From the NCBI GenBank assembly GCA_019721075.1, contig JAHEAD010000010.1, positions 3,400 to 67,399 of the forward strand: DNA of 64,000 nt, given 5' to 3'. Shown here one piece after another: positions 62,309 through 64,000 of this stretch. The position numbers were made by a program, and so were the translations under genes. Every line of letters starts with the position of its first letter. Position 1 is the stretch's first letter. The notes under the pieces were generated by a model. That model saw only the letters and a program-made list of their open reading frames with translations. It was not told the DNA's origin and did no database searches. Source of the stretch: Candidatus Sysuiplasma jiujiangense. Its GTDB lineage: Archaea; Thermoplasmatota; Thermoplasmata; Sysuiplasmatales; Sysuiplasmataceae.

Positions 62309-62609
62309 TGACCTGAACGGCGTAATTAATCACATGTTACAATTCGCAATATGTGAGTGTGATATACACATATTGCTTTTTGGCGTATGGAGTGCGGAGG
62401 CAGGAGATACGATGCTGTCGCATAAAACATGTGACTCCTTCGGGGAGACTGATGAAATTCGTTGTCAATTTCAGGAACAGGGTTCAATTCAGAATTCGTG
62501 TTCTTCTGCTGCTGACCGGATTAGTGCGCAGCACCGGTTTTTCTCAACACTTGTAAAAGCGGGTTGATGATTTGATGCATATTGGTCTGGACCGACTGAA
62601 AGCAGAATT

Positions 62610-63440
62610 TTAAATCAGAAAGGCAGTGAAGGCAAGAGAGGCAAATATCACTATATGGCCGAGGAGACCCAGCCTGAGTATGTGCATTCCCCTTGCATCG
62701 AGTTCACCCTTGCGGAAACTTTTCGCTGCGCCCGCATATATGCCCATGTAGATTGAAAGGAAAGCACCTGCAAACAGTATGACCGCGATGAGTGCGCTGA
62801 TGACCATTCAGGCAACCCCCAGCACTGCAATATGCGCCATAATGAAGATTATTGCGATCTGGAAAGCGGCCTGTACCCCTGCCAGTTTAACGTTGAGCAT
62901 GTTCAGCCTGATTATCCTCTGCTGGTCCGGAATGGGCTTCGACACCTCTACGAATATCCGTATACTGTTCGGAAGGAATATGCCGAAACCCTGCGCCGTG
63001 AGCACAATGACAACAATGCCCGCTGCTATTATCCATGGGGATGTTAGAACAAACATACCCAGCCTTTCCGCAAGATAAATACCGGCAACTATCGCAACGG
63101 AAGCAAGCGATGGCACGGCAAAGAAATTCAGTGGTGTGAGTCTCTTTGCGACTTCCACCCTCATCTGCGGTTCAAGCGTCCTGAAGATCATGGACATTAT
63201 CAGACCCATGAAAAGATCGAATCCGGTCCAGACAGCGCCAGTTATAACGTGAACATACTCGAGCAGAACTAGACTTTTGATTGAAAGAGCGACAATGAGA
63301 ACGGCGGGGGGGATTATACCCAGAATAAAGCTCCAGCGGAGGAGAGACCCGGTATATGACGGGAAGCCAACATTCGCCGCTTCCGTCCTTTCGGTATTCG
63401 CCCCATGCACTTCGGCAGTCGCTGTTTTGCTTGCCAACAA
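62610..63440 (-). CDS. Polytopic membrane protein encoded as two same-frame ORFs (62808-63440 and 62610-62807) separated by a single in-frame TGA
   Basis: ...HIAVLGVA-TGA-MVISALIAVILFAG... is a hydrophobic helix that continues across the stop. The TGA sits at 62808-62810 on the minus strand. Confidence 0.35.
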
Positions 63441-63535
63441 GTCACCTTATATCAGTGGTTGAATGAAGGATGTAAACTGCGTTTAAAAGAGTTTTCAGTA
63501 CCTGTGCCGGCTCGACAGTCCCCTTACCCTGTGCA

Positions 63536-64000
63536 TTACTCGGGTGAGCGGTCTTTAAAGTCAGCCCTGCCGCGCTTCCCTGCAATCTGGGCAAACGTCA
63601 TCCCACTCACCGCGGAAAGGTCATAGTTGTTCGCATCGTAGCCTTTTTCGGTCCACTCGTCCTTGTGCTTTATGAGTAGCCACGTCTCTCTTCCAGGAAT
63701 CATGGACGTCCTGACAAGCGCGAACGATCCGTTCAACTTTTTGCCGTAAAGGCGAAACTTCAGGTTACCCTCCTCAAGCTCCCGGGCTGCAGTTTCCTGC
63801 TCATCCTGAAAAACGCTTACCTCACGTCTGATTCCCCTGGCTGTTTCCACCTCAGGTCTGTAAGTCCCTTCGTCCCATATCATCACGGTTCCTGCACCGT
63901 TGACCCCCGCGCCGATGACGCCCTCAAAGTGTCTGTATTCGAGGTCATGGTCGTCAGTACGCATTGCAAGACGTTTGACAGTGCTGTCGAGGGTCGGACC
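63536..64000 (-). CDS. LigD-type 3'-phosphoesterase (DNA ligase D PE domain) protein, 5'-partial (N-terminus beyond the window end)
   Basis: ...GPTLDSTVKRLAMRTDDHDLEYRHFEGVIGAGVNGAGTVMIWDEGTY...GNLKFRLYGKKLNGSFALVRT matches the LigD_N/PE-domain core (KRLAVHVEDHPLEY...FEG.IP.G.YGAG.V..WD.G). The reading frame stays open to position 64000. Confidence 0.6.
   Translation of the reverse strand, partial: GPTLDSTVKRLAMRTDDHDLEYRHFEGVIGAGVNGAGTVMIWDEGTYRPEVETARGIRREVSVFQDEQETAARELEEGNLKFRLYGKKLNGSFALVRTSMIPGRETWLLIKHKDEWTEKGYDANNYDLSAVSGMTFAQIAGKRGRADFKDRSPE

Noticed and set aside
62808-62810. An in-frame TGA in the membrane protein as a selenocysteine codon
   Set aside because: It lies in a transmembrane helix context, there is no obvious stem-loop (SECIS-like) immediately downstream, and no selenoprotein-family features are present. 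A pseudogene, read-through or sequencing error is more plausible.

Overview
This is a 64-kb chromosomal window from an archaeon, most likely a euryarchaeon with a Thermoplasmata-like genome organisation. The evidence is a 16S rRNA gene (minus strand, about 4029-5496) with archaeal 5' and 3' termini and no 23S or tRNA-Ala downstream, so the rRNA genes are unlinked; a bacterial-type grpE-dnaK-dnaJ operon beside a thermosome gene; PAN, proteasome alpha and PAC2; RFC small subunit and GINS; and overall GC near 55-58%. Most of the window is dense housekeeping content: RFC-S (partial), TtuA-like PP-loop ATPase, glyA, coaBC, tmk, gcvPA/PB, ilvD, purA, purB, GPN-loop GTPase, endonuclease III, ThiL-like, CDF transporter, S2P protease, A24 prepilin peptidase and MBF1.

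The non-routine items are:
- Two tRNA genes (Lys-CUU, Ala-CGC) each interrupted by a roughly 20-nt insertion at a non-canonical position (T-loop and D-loop).
- A three-gene operon of an inactivated RecA-fold protein, a small helical protein and a family-B DNA polymerase paralog with lost exonuclease motifs and a degenerate motif C.
- A HerA-like (DUF87) ATPase translationally coupled to a 98-aa protein with no NurA partner.
- A proteasome alpha-subunit ORF that carries an in-frame N-terminal ribbon-helix-helix domain.
- A Rieske [2Fe-2S] domain fused to a roughly 470-aa all-alpha domain.
- An AmmeMemoRadiSam-type radical SAM gene beside a PAC2 proteasome-assembly chaperone homolog with a C-terminal HbYX-like tail.
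- A bacterial-type AmpD/PGRP amidase in an organism that should have no murein.
- A disturbed island after tRNA-Ala (frameshifted gene remnants, BNR-repeat protein, MoaD-like Gly-Gly protein, IS66-family transposase).
- A GC-rich roughly 380-bp non-coding block (possible structured RNA).
- A membrane protein split by one in-frame TGA.
- Two paralogous small wHTH regulators 13 kb apart.

All calls are made by eye from translated motifs. No searches were run.
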